Origin: Flavobacteriales bacterium | Lineage (GTDB): Bacteria; Bacteroidota; Bacteroidia; Palsa-965 | Assembly (NCBI GenBank): GCA_040377305.1 | Contig: JBEIPA010000009.1 | Location: 64,001 to 128,000 of the forward strand | Length of the DNA stretch: 64,000 nucleotides | Reading direction: 5' to 3' | Shown here: positions 18,397-27,313 of the stretch, piece after piece | Position numbering within the stretch: position 1 is the first letter of the stretch | Layout: every line of letters begins with the position of its first letter | Notes under the pieces: model-generated | Seen by the model: only the letters and a program-made list of their open reading frames with translations | Database searches by the model: none | What the model was told of the DNA's origin: nothing | Translations under genes and position numbers: made by a program

Positions 18397-19835
18397 GAAC
18401 CGTAGTTATTAGTGCCCAGAGGTAGCATAGAAATTGATTGTGCAGCATCACCGCGCATAATTGGGGGCTGTATAGCCATATACGCGCGATAGCGAAACGA
18501 TTTGTACGCAGGTCGCACATGGGCTAGGATCGGCGGATGTGAGCCGCAAATAAGCAATGCGCGATTAGGCTTGAGCATTCGAATTGAATCGTTGGTAAGC
18601 AGTGGAACAATCTCGCGCTTGCCATCTTCAGTCTTGTGTTCAGTCTTACCGAGAATGTCCGACAGTTCCTTCGTCGCTTCTAATCCGCCACCACCGAAAT
18701 ACACTTTTGAAGAACAGTTCGTGCGAATCGTTTCTGCATCTGCCTTGCCGTATGCATTCACAATTTGATTGAAGTCTTGAACTATCGCCATGAATCCGGC
18801 GCGGAATTTTCTGACGTTCGCGAATGCCGCAGGAAGTACCGGTACTTTCGCCATTGACCCGAATTCGTCGATGAGCATGAAAATATTCTGCTCATCATCT
18901 TCCGGAAAACGCGAAAGTAAATAACCTGTGAGTTGCTCAAAGAAAATCGCGTTGAGTACGCTGAAGTATGCCATGTCGCTTATTGATGACTGCAAGTAAA
19001 GAACGGTCGGTCGTTTTCTAAATTCAGAAAAATCAATCGTGTCAGTTGACGTAACACGTGCGACTGTATCATTCGCGAACAGCGTCAATGCAGACTTTGC
19101 CGAGGCGATAATTGAGGTAAGCAATTTATCATCGTATGTGATGAACGATTTATATTCGTTATACAATACTGGATCTGCGTAACGAACAAATAGAGCGTCA
19201 ATTGGATTGCTCGAACCTTCGTCAGACTTTTCGCCGAGCTGATTGAGCAATTGTCGAACATTATACAGATTCTGAAACTCCTTGCTTTGTGTCTTTAAGA
19301 TGGCAAAAAGTATTGCTAGCAATGTCGTTGCTTGGGTCTCCCAGAATGGGTCGGAGGTCTTGCCACCTGATAGTGAAGTACGCACGAGCATCGCTGCAAG
19401 TTTTTGTATCTCGTTCTGACTTTTGGCACGACTCAATGGATTAAATCCGCACGAGATGTCGGCGTTTCCGAAGTGAAGTATTTTTACAACATATCCTTCC
19501 TGTTCCAAATACCCGGCACTCGCCTTGAACAATTCGCCACTGGGATCTGCGACAAAAAAAGAACCACGCATTGCGAACAAACTTGAGAGTGCAGTTACCT
19601 GGCTCTTTCCGGAACCACTTTGTCCTGTTACTAGGCAGTTGGTGAAGGAGTCCTTGACAGTTATTTGCTTGCGCCCTGTTAATGAAAATCCTTTGTTCCA
19701 TCTCGAAAGTAGTACGCCTTCAGAAGCGAACTTTGCGTGATATCCTTTTTTGTCAGACGATCCAAAAAGCATCGACAGTAACTCGAAGAGTATTTTGAAT
19801 ATGGTTTCAACTATAGAGGTAAGGATTTCAAGCAT
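18393..19835 (-). CDS. type IV coupling protein (VirD4/TraG family)
   Basis: N-terminal hydrophobic helix; GQSGSGKS, DPSGEL, DPFW, LIDEFG, IVQDFNQ..YG. Confidence 0.9.
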   Translation of the reverse strand: MLEILTSIVETIFKILFELLSMLFGSSDKKGYHAKFASEGVLLSRWNKGFSLTGRKQITVKDSFTNCLVTGQSGSGKSQVTALSSLFAMRGSFFVADPSGELFKASAGYLEQEGYVVKILHFGNADISCGFNPLSRAKSQNEIQKLAAMLVRTSLSGGKTSDPFWETQATTLLAILFAILKTQSKEFQNLYNVRQLLNQLGEKSDEGSSNPIDALFVRYADPVLYNEYKSFITYDDKLLTSIIASAKSALTLFANDTVARVTSTDTIDFSEFRKRPTVLYLQSSISDMAYFSVLNAIFFEQLTGYLLSRFPEDDEQNIFMLIDEFGSMAKVPVLPAAFANVRKFRAGFMAIVQDFNQIVNAYGKADAETIRTNCSSKVYFGGGGLEATKELSDILGKTEHKTEDGKREIVPLLTNDSIRMLKPNRALLICGSHPPILAHVRPAYKSFRYRAYMAIQPPIMRGDAAQSISMLPLGTNNYGS

Positions 19836-19840
19836 GGTGA

Positions 19841-20026
19841 TTATTGTTTAGCGTGTACTTTCTCTTTAAGCCATTTCGCAAGTGCTGTGAAAATCGCTGC
19901 GAGCAATTCGCAGATTGTCCAAAACAGAAACAGTAGTAGTCTACCGACGAGCTTGATCAGGAATACAAACAGCTTTCCTAACATTCTGAGAAGCCACTTG
20001 CAGATCGACCGAAGAATTTCCTTCAT
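19841..20026 (-). CDS. small hydrophobic membrane protein
   Basis: 61-aa amphipathic/hydrophobic ORF tightly packed in the operon. Confidence 0.6.
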   Translation of the reverse strand: MKEILRSICKWLLRMLGKLFVFLIKLVGRLLLFLFWTICELLAAIFTALAKWLKEKVHAKQ

Positions 20027-20046
20027 GTGTCATAAGTTTGGAATGG

Positions 20047-20802
20047 TTAGGGATTTAGGTTAGCCGAAACGCTTACCGTTGCGCCTTTGCTTGAGAAAAA
20101 ACCTCTGTAAAAGCGCGACACAATGGCGAACGAGGCGTCATCAGCAATGTCGCGAGGCGAGAATAAAATTCGGATCTCAATTTGATCAAGCTGATTGAGC
20201 GGTTCCTGTTTCTCAAACATAGCTGCTACTTGTGCTGTGTCTGTTTGCATCAACGCCAATGTCTGCTTATTGTAAAATGAAAGGAGAGAAGTATTTTCTC
20301 TTAAATCTGTAAACAGCAATGCGATTTTTTTATTGGAGTTTGACGTTGCCAGATCATTCAAGGCATTTGCTATAGGAACATAGAGGGCGGACTGATTTTT
20401 TCCGATTGTGTCCATCGCCAACGAGTCCAAGAAGTTTGTTACGCTATTCTGGAATAATTCAATTTCTCGCTCCCTATCGAATTGATTGGTCAGAGCATTT
20501 TGAGCTGAAGCCGGCAATTCGAATATGGTTTCTTCATTGAGTCGGATATCGCTGATAAAGCTGAACTTGAAGATTGCGCCGCTGGCGGGATCGGTACTCA
20601 GGTTGTACAATGCCAAAATTTCCTCAGCTTCTGGTATAGGTTGATGAGGTTCAGTGATGTCCCATAGCACGACAATTTCAGTAGTACGTGGCTTTGAAGT
20701 CGTACAGGAGTCACACCATAGAAGAACTCCAAGCGACACTAGCGCAAGCCCAAGAGCTACCAACAAAAGTCCATTGGTTATTTGAAAGGTTTTGTTTTTC
20801 AT
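20047..20802 (-). CDS. membrane-anchored vWA-like protein
   Basis: N-terminal TM; IVVLWDITE and IALLFTDLREN strands. Confidence 0.55.
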   Translation of the reverse strand: MKNKTFQITNGLLLVALGLALVSLGVLLWCDSCTTSKPRTTEIVVLWDITEPHQPIPEAEEILALYNLSTDPASGAIFKFSFISDIRLNEETIFELPASAQNALTNQFDREREIELFQNSVTNFLDSLAMDTIGKNQSALYVPIANALNDLATSNSNKKIALLFTDLRENTSLLSFYNKQTLALMQTDTAQVAAMFEKQEPLNQLDQIEIRILFSPRDIADDASFAIVSRFYRGFFSSKGATVSVSANLNP

Positions 20803-21851
20803 GACAGGTTAGATTTAGAGATCGTTAATGATGTAGTCGATTCGAAGAAGCAGACTGGAGTACCCAGATCTCCACGTGTTGCGAGGTTTTCAGTTTTGAA
20901 TATTTCGATTGCCTCGCGGTAGTGCGCATCTATTCGCTCTTCCGTTGCTTTTGCAACAGCAAGAACGTGCAGGTACTTTTTCTCTTCATCGGTAAACTGT
21001 GCAGCGAGTTTTTCCTTCTCGCTTTTTAGCTGCTTCATTTCAGCTTCGCGCTCCTCTATTCGTTTGTGTAATTCGGAAGTAGCGCAATCGAAATTCTGTT
21101 GCTTTTGAGAAGGTATCAGTAAGCGTGAAAGGACAATTGCTCCGACGAGAAAGGCTATGTTCACAAGAAAGAACACCCATGCTGGTGTTTCAATGGAGGA
21201 ATTATCCAGGATATTCGAGCGAAGCACGGACATAGCGATTACAATGCCGAGGTTCGCTGCGACATACAAGGCAGTCTGCAAATAAGGTTTCTCTATTCCC
21301 TCCTCAATCTTTGCCAGATTTTTTCCAGTGGCGTAAGCCAGTGCTGCTTCAATAAGTGTTATCGTCGCGCCAATTAGGTACGCGCCAAACATGTTGCCTC
21401 CAAAAAATGCGAAGGACATAGAGTTATAGAACCACTCACCGAGATACATGATGCCAAGTAGAACAAGAAGAAATGGGTTTCGTTTTCTGATTGTTGGTTT
21501 TGGTTTGCCATCCAAGGTTCTTCTATCAACGTCATTCAAGTGTTCATTCTTCTCTGTTGCAGCATCCAGTTCAATTTCGCGCTTCACTTTTTCTTCTTTG
21601 AAGCGTGTAAATGTTGCCTCCTGCATAACAGGTTTAATTCTTCCGAGTTCCTTGGCGAGAAGCTCTTCAAACGATGACTTGTATCGGCCAACATACGGCA
21701 TGAGGGACTGCTCGTTCAAAGTCGGGCGATTCTTCTTTGCGAAAAATGCACCATCCTTCTTGGCTTCGCGTTTCACCGCGTTTGCGATGTCGAGAATATT
21801 CTTGTCTTGTTCCGGATCGAATGATCCATACGTGATTGTGTCTTTTGACAT
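20799..21851 (-). CDS. 4-TM membrane protein flanked by coiled coils
   Basis: Likely start MSKDTIT avoids overlap; central TM block. Confidence 0.7.
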   Translation of the reverse strand: MSKDTITYGSFDPEQDKNILDIANAVKREAKKDGAFFAKKNRPTLNEQSLMPYVGRYKSSFEELLAKELGRIKPVMQEATFTRFKEEKVKREIELDAATEKNEHLNDVDRRTLDGKPKPTIRKRNPFLLVLLGIMYLGEWFYNSMSFAFFGGNMFGAYLIGATITLIEAALAYATGKNLAKIEEGIEKPYLQTALYVAANLGIVIAMSVLRSNILDNSSIETPAWVFFLVNIAFLVGAIVLSRLLIPSQKQQNFDCATSELHKRIEEREAEMKQLKSEKEKLAAQFTDEEKKYLHVLAVAKATEERIDAHYREAIEIFKTENLATRGDLGTPVCFFESTTSLTISKSNLS

Positions 21852-21864
21852 GAGTGATGAGTTT

Positions 21865-22317
21865 TTAATGTGAGACTTCGTGTGATTGATCATTTCCTTC
21901 TTTGCGACGTCGGGATTTATGCAAACCATTGGCTTTCGTTTTGTCAGATACCTCTGAGGAGCGATTGGTTGCCGCGGCACTTTGTTCGATCACCGGTGCA
22001 GGAGCATTGTGGATGATCATTTCCTTAGTGAGTCGTTGCTCAAGTTCACGAATCTGCTTTTTGAGCTGATACAAGTTCGATGTACGTTCGAAGAGCTCGT
22101 TTTCCTTGAGATCAATTGCAGACAGAACCGGCTTTTTGTTCTCGTCGTAATCAAGCAGTTTGATAAACGCGATTGGTGTTTTTGGTTCGCCCGGAAGACC
22201 GCCCATCACCGCAATGATGTTTTCACCTTTGGTCCAGTGGCCCTTCTCGTGATACTCGATCTCCGTCGGTAACTTACGAGGTTGCTTCTGATTTTCATTT
22301 TGGTTTTCTGTAGTCAT
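21865..22317 (-). CDS. hypothetical protein, tandem paralog 3
   Basis: K..IAFI...YD..K......D...EL.....L..LK..IR motif. Confidence 0.7.
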   Translation of the reverse strand: MTTENQNENQKQPRKLPTEIEYHEKGHWTKGENIIAVMGGLPGEPKTPIAFIKLLDYDENKKPVLSAIDLKENELFERTSNLYQLKKQIRELEQRLTKEMIIHNAPAPVIEQSAAATNRSSEVSDKTKANGLHKSRRRKEGNDQSHEVSH

Positions 22318-22375
22318 TGGTTTGAGATTTATTTTGTGAATTGCTAATGATCAAGTTCAAGTTCTGTGCATACAT

Positions 22376-22717
22376 TCAGATTTCTTTTCCTTCTTCCTTG
22401 CCGTCATCTTTTTCATTGCGCGTCTTACCTAATTCCATTGCGCGCCGTTCGAGCATTTCAGCGATGGCAGACCATATTTGCTGTGAGGTTTCCTCGTCCG
22501 ATACTGGCGGTCCGATTATCCGACCAGAGGGATCAAGCAGGGTGTATGTGACTTTGCCGTCACGGGTGATCTTGCGGATAGTCTTACCGAGGAACACCAT
22601 TTTCCCTTTCGTCGGTGATTTGTAAGAAACTTCTGCGATCTCCACATCATCACCTGCGTCTTGGTACGGACTCGGTGTGCTTTTCTGTTCTTCGGGATTC
22701 TCACCATTCGTTTTCAT
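22376..22717 (-). CDS. hypothetical protein, tandem paralog 2 (divergent)
   Basis: GKMVFLG..I.....GKVTYTLLDPSGRII. Confidence 0.65.
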   Translation of the reverse strand: MKTNGENPEEQKSTPSPYQDAGDDVEIAEVSYKSPTKGKMVFLGKTIRKITRDGKVTYTLLDPSGRIIGPPVSDEETSQQIWSAIAEMLERRAMELGKTRNEKDDGKEEGKEI

Positions 22718-22728
22718 GATTTCGTCTT

Positions 22729-23136
22729 CTATCGGGTTCGTGACTTTGTTCGTGATGCGTTGGATCGCAATGATGTGAGCTGCCTCAGTCGATTCCGCTC
22801 TTCAGTAGCAAAATCCTGTTGCAACGCTTGCTCTTTGAGGTTTACTTGTTCATGAAACACATTCTCACTTCTGCGTATTTCATTTTTGAGATGCGTAAGG
22901 CTGTAGTTTGCTGGAACGATCTCCTTGCCATCAACATCGAAAGTCCTATATGACTTCTTGCCTGCGTTGGCATCATAGTCCTCGCGTATGTATGCAACGA
23001 CAGCCTTTCGTCCACCAGGGCGATCCATAAGGACCGTTGCGACCTCACCCGTTATTGAGTTTTTGTACTCTGCGAATGAAATTGCACTTTCAGAATGTAG
23101 AGGTTGACTCTTTGAATGGTTGTCCTTATGGTGCAT
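22729..23136 (-). CDS. hypothetical protein, tandem paralog 1
   Basis: GRKAVVAYI..YD...KKSY..FDVDGKEI.....L..LK..IR. Confidence 0.7.
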   Translation of the reverse strand: MHHKDNHSKSQPLHSESAISFAEYKNSITGEVATVLMDRPGGRKAVVAYIREDYDANAGKKSYRTFDVDGKEIVPANYSLTHLKNEIRRSENVFHEQVNLKEQALQQDFATEERNRLRQLTSLRSNASRTKSRTR

Positions 23137-23214
23137 TAGTCTTTCGTTTTTGTAGTGGTGAATACTTCATTGCTGTGCGATCATAACTCTGTTCAAAATG
23201 ATTGCAAGTCCTGA

Positions 23215-24627
23215 CTACCGTTCTATTGTGAGTTTCTTTTTTTGCTGTTTTTTGGATTGAATGATTTCTTCTTCTCCGTCTCCAAACACCGTGAAATCTT
23301 CGAGTGAGGAGGCTAAGGCAACTTGTTTTTCGTCGATGTAATTCCGGAGTACTTGTTCACCCGAATGACCTGATATTGGCCGGATATCTGCGCCCATACG
23401 AATTTTTAAAGCCGTCATCACCACTTTGCGTAACACCTTAAATGTTTTCAGTGGTTTGTCGGGATGAGCGACTTTCCAGAAATGAGAGAAGCCTCGGGAG
23501 AGAGCCGATTTGACAGTGGGAACTCGGTTGGATGTAATTTCTGGCGCTATTATGAATTCATTAGAATTGCGTTTCTCTTGTAGACCCTGTTCATAGAGAA
23601 ATCTGGAAATTTGATTGGTAACCGGTGAATGCAACTTTCGTTCTTTGCCTTCGGCTGTATGTAAAATGCGCGAGACCTTAAAATCAGTGAATTCAATGAG
23701 CAGCGGTTTACCATTTGGATCGCAGTGCACATCAGAAAAGCGCGCCATGATTAGTTCTTCAAGTCTGCGACCAGTTAGAGCAAAACGAAATGCTGTAATC
23801 AGGTAAGGGCGGAAGTGGTTACGAGTTCGTTCGTGTTTGCCAATTCCCTTTTGAAATCCGTTTTCATAGGTGATAACGGACAGAACTTTTTGGAACTCTT
23901 CTTTTGTAATTACTTCTGGTCTTGGTGTTATTGTTTTTCGGGGTACGCGTTCAAAGAATCGCTTCACATTCCCATACTCTTCGCTTTCAGCATAAGATGC
24001 GAACGTGGTGAGAGTACTAAACCAGCGATTGTAAACTGAGTCGCTGTATCCTTTCTCGATTAGATAATCATGAAACTTGCCTACTACGTTGTCGTTTATT
24101 TCGTTCAGCTTGAATTGTGTAGTATCAATTCTAGCTGCGTGAAGTGCAAGCACGAAATTTTTGAAACAACTTTTGACGTCACTGATGTGAGATTTCGAGC
24201 GAATCAATCTCAGGTGAGGTGCAACTCCTTCTCCTTTTAGTGTTGCTAGGTATTTGCCGAAAGTGTGAACGAGTAATTCGGGTTTAGCACCCGTATGTGG
24301 TACGGGTGCCTCAGCAATCGTAGTTTGTCTTTTGGGAAGTCTCTCTTCGATTTCTCCCGCATCAAGTTTTTGCCTTAGTGTTGCGACTTGCTTCACCGCT
24401 TCCGAGAAGTCAGTGCCTAGTGACCGTACAATTCGCTTCTTAGTCCCTGGGATGAATCCAACAAAACGGTACTGCAGTTTTTCAATGTGTGAACATTCAG
24501 AAAGGGGCTTTGATTGGCAAGTCTTCACCATCGTCTTACAATGACCACACCAGATTCGCATGCACGGTATGTGTGCATTTGCTTTTAGTTGTATGTATTT
24601 CTTTTTGCTCATGCGGCGATGCATCAT
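23215..24627 (-). CDS. tyrosine recombinase / integrase
   Basis: ALTGRRLEEL (R), DFKV (K), TFKVLRK, SGHS, RNY (Y); SAM-like middle region. Confidence 0.88.
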   Translation of the reverse strand: MMHRRMSKKKYIQLKANAHIPCMRIWCGHCKTMVKTCQSKPLSECSHIEKLQYRFVGFIPGTKKRIVRSLGTDFSEAVKQVATLRQKLDAGEIEERLPKRQTTIAEAPVPHTGAKPELLVHTFGKYLATLKGEGVAPHLRLIRSKSHISDVKSCFKNFVLALHAARIDTTQFKLNEINDNVVGKFHDYLIEKGYSDSVYNRWFSTLTTFASYAESEEYGNVKRFFERVPRKTITPRPEVITKEEFQKVLSVITYENGFQKGIGKHERTRNHFRPYLITAFRFALTGRRLEELIMARFSDVHCDPNGKPLLIEFTDFKVSRILHTAEGKERKLHSPVTNQISRFLYEQGLQEKRNSNEFIIAPEITSNRVPTVKSALSRGFSHFWKVAHPDKPLKTFKVLRKVVMTALKIRMGADIRPISGHSGEQVLRNYIDEKQVALASSLEDFTVFGDGEEEIIQSKKQQKKKLTIER

Positions 24628-24884
24628 AACTCCGTGTGACGAGAAAGCAAGTGTGAAATTTCAAGTAGAAAAGATTTTTCAGAATCTTCTTTCGGCTCGT
24701 AGGTTTTTCTTGTGTTTAAGTTGGTTGCTTTATGAAATTGTTGTTCAAAAACTATTTTATCGACTGCGTAGTTCTTTCCGATCCGTTTCAATGGAACATG
24801 CAAGCCAGCGAGCCACGCCTTGATGCTGCGGATATCTTTGTATCCGGAAATTTCCTTCAGTGATTCAAATAGTATGATTTGCAT
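24624..24884 (-). CDS. excisionase-like small HTH protein
   Basis: 86 aa, 4-bp overlap with the integrase; ESLKEI.G..D.RSIKAWL....RIGKNY winged-HTH pattern. Confidence 0.55.
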   Translation of the reverse strand: MQIILFESLKEISGYKDIRSIKAWLAGLHVPLKRIGKNYAVDKIVFEQQFHKATNLNTRKTYEPKEDSEKSFLLEISHLLSRHTEL

Positions 24885-24895
24885 GGGTCGCGCTT

Positions 24896-25057
24896 TTAGT
24901 ATGGAGACCAGAATGCATTGTCATAATCCTTTCCGGGATCTCCCTTACAGATCGATCGATCTTTCAATCCATCAGGGAGAGATTTATTTCTCATGATGGA
25001 TTTACTGCTTGCTTTGGAAAGGAGTTTCTTCTTCGACTTCTTGGTTTTCTTTTTCAT
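24896..25057 (-). CDS. 53-aa Lys-rich ORF heading the xis-int-mob operon (not in ORF track)
   Basis: MKKKTKKSKKKLLSKASSKSIMRNKSLPDGLKDRSICKGDPGKDYDNAFWSPY; TAGGTTTG -7 box at 25082-25075. Confidence 0.45.
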   Translation of the reverse strand: MKKKTKKSKKKLLSKASSKSIMRNKSLPDGLKDRSICKGDPGKDYDNAFWSPY

Positions 25058-25127
25058 GGTTCTGCTCTTTGGTACAAACCTATCCCAAAGGCAAACCGAG
25101 AAAATCGAGTAGCAGTTGACTCAATAC

Positions 25128-25652
25128 TTACTCAATTCTTTTGCGCATGACGCGAGCAATTAAATCAGAAAGGAATTTTGAAGGGTGGGATTTTCGACAA
25201 TCAGCGATGTAGGTTTGGATTGTTCGTTCCTGCAATGGGTTGCCATTCTCCATTTTGCATCGAGCAACAATTACCGGACTGAGATCTTGCTGCGGAATAA
25301 TTCCTTCAGCTTCAAGTAACAGTAGTGAGTGGATGAATATCTTGGGTGTTTTCAGACAGATTATCGGGGAGGTTGGTTCGTCATCTCCGATGAAGTGAAG
25401 AGCGAATTGGGTGTCCGACTCAGAGAAGATCATACTGCGTGATATCCCCCGATAATAAACACCGATTGAATAATCAGTGTTCCAACCAAATTTAATAGCA
25501 GGAAATAAATCTGTTGCAGCAGAAAAATGAATTGCACTAGCATTGATGATCGAAAAGAAACGGGCCCTGTCTACTTTTTTCAAATGCTCAAGCTTTCGAA
25601 ACCAATATTCTGTTTCGAGTTCATGAGAACCTGTATGTAGATCATGTTTCAT
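25128..25652 (-). CDS. hypothetical protein, paralog of 26104-26700 (possible regulator)
   Basis: Shared K.GWN..Y.I...Y....F...F.G..EP..PIIC...TI..YI..CR. Confidence 0.75.
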   Translation of the reverse strand: MKHDLHTGSHELETEYWFRKLEHLKKVDRARFFSIINASAIHFSAATDLFPAIKFGWNTDYSIGVYYRGISRSMIFSESDTQFALHFIGDDEPTSPIICLKTPKIFIHSLLLLEAEGIIPQQDLSPVIVARCKMENGNPLQERTIQTYIADCRKSHPSKFLSDLIARVMRKRIE

Positions 25653-25773
25653 TTGATTTTCTTACTGCGAGCAAAATCAAATGGAAATGATTGACTACAC
25701 CTGAATAAACTGATAGGTTGGAGTCAACTCTCGCATCTGTTCTGCGGGAGTCATAGGAATAGTTCCTATACCC

Positions 25774-25801
25774 CTCCGGTCTTCGCACGACCGGAGTTTT
25801 T
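25774..25801 (+). terminator. plus-strand intrinsic terminator with no plus-strand CDS upstream
   Basis: CTCCGGTC-ttcgcac-GACCGGAG-TTTTT. Confidence 0.6.
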
Positions 25802-26103
25802 CATTTTAGTCAGAGAGACCTGCAGTTTATTATTATTACTACAGAAGGATGGCTCCTTTATGCTCAATTATCGGTCGAACGACCAGGAAAGGGCAAGGCT
25901 CTGACACCTTGTTGTAAGAAAATCGTATTCAATTTAGTGCGAATAATTGGGATTCCCAATAGTCTAATTCAATAATGTCTTCCGTGTGCAGAAATTCAGC
26001 AGTTTTCGCTTTTCTGACACGAATTGTAAGTCAGAAATTCTCGCGTTTCTGCGTGGATATGCTTGCCCCAACGAGAATTTTCGAGTTGTGAAACCCAATG
26101 CCA

Positions 26104-26700
26104 TTATTCAAAACTCTTTCTATTTCGCTCCAATCTAGAGTAGATGTGCCTGGTGCGTTCATAGAACGGGCCTTCTGTTCTGCACTTTGAGATATACTCC
26201 TCAATAGTATGTTTTGCTATTGCGCCCTTCATGCTAAGACTTCTGTCTGCTATTGAACTTGCCAACGGATCGTTTGGCAAGATATTTTTCTGCTGCAGAT
26301 AAACTAGTACATCCACGAATTGTTTAATTTTTCCGTTCCGGCAAATTATTGGATCGATGGGCTCTCCGGCTCCAAGGAACGCAAGCTGAAAATCCTGCGA
26401 TGAAGTGGTGTCAATTATACACGTTATTAAATCTTCATATAGAAGAGTAATGTCGTAATGTTCATTCCATCCAATTTTAGTTTTCGTCTTAAGCGGTTGC
26501 TCTTTGTTACGTGTTGACTCTTCCAGAGGAACAATTCGATTTTTTATTACTTCTAAATCGTATTTGATTTTTGCTTGCTCTTCCAGTATTTTTCTTTGCT
26601 CACCTTGAATCCGCTCCGATAATAGCAATATACGTTCGAGCGACGCCTCGACTTTATCGAAGGTCGCTGATTGTTTTCCGTATGTTGTTTTACGCTTCAA
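26104..26700 (-). CDS. coiled-coil plus paralog-domain protein (possible regulator)
   Basis: N-terminal coiled coil; C-terminal domain homologous to 25128-25652. Confidence 0.75.
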   Translation of the reverse strand: MKRKTTYGKQSATFDKVEASLERILLLSERIQGEQRKILEEQAKIKYDLEVIKNRIVPLEESTRNKEQPLKTKTKIGWNEHYDITLLYEDLITCIIDTTSSQDFQLAFLGAGEPIDPIICRNGKIKQFVDVLVYLQQKNILPNDPLASSIADRSLSMKGAIAKHTIEEYISKCRTEGPFYERTRHIYSRLERNRKSFE

Positions 26701-26898
26701 AGCGAAATGTTCTTATGTGACATCTCGCCCGATGTATCGGCTTAGGGATTGACTTTTAAAGTGTGTTGGATTAAATTCAGAATATCTCCTCAATGCTTAC
26801 TTCATTGGGCGGATGGCAAAGTGTATACTTGTTATACCAGGTCTCCGTTCAATGTGTACTAGACATTGCATCGGGGACAGAGTATCTACTTGCCTTAT

Positions 26899-26936
26899 AG
26901 CCCTTAGCTTTTCATGGAATAGCTGGGGGCTTTTTT
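26899..26936 (+). terminator. plus-strand intrinsic terminator after an ~80-nt hairpin
   Basis: AGCCCTTAGCT..AGCTGGGGGCT-TTTTT; G-U pairs favour the plus strand. Confidence 0.6.
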
Positions 26937-27275
26937 AATAAAGTATTGTTATGGTAAAGACCAGTCAGGGGAACGGTTCAGTTTCTGTCAGCGCATAGAA
27001 ACGTCGTTCTTGATCAAAGTTCGGAATAGAAGGTATCATGCACCTGCGCTGAATTCACTCTTTAGTAACTGCTGCGCTTAGAATAATTTCCCTTGGCTGA
27101 AGAGAGAGCCACTGAGAAATAGCGCACAACAGTAGGCGAGGCTGCCCTTTACTATTGTCATGATAAAGCTAATTTACAATGGAACCGTCATTTAAACAAT
27201 TTCTTATGCCGAAAAATTAATTAACAGATTGTAACCGCGCATTTTTCAAAAATTCGTGACCTGAGTCTGAAAAAT

Positions 27276-27302
27276 AAAAAGAGTCGCAAAAATGCGACTC
27301 TT
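27276..27302 (-). terminator. terminator of the DUF5655 gene
   Basis: AAGAGTCGCA-aaaa-TGCGACTCTT with T-run on the minus strand. Confidence 0.75.
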
Positions 27303-27313
27303 AAAATGTACTG

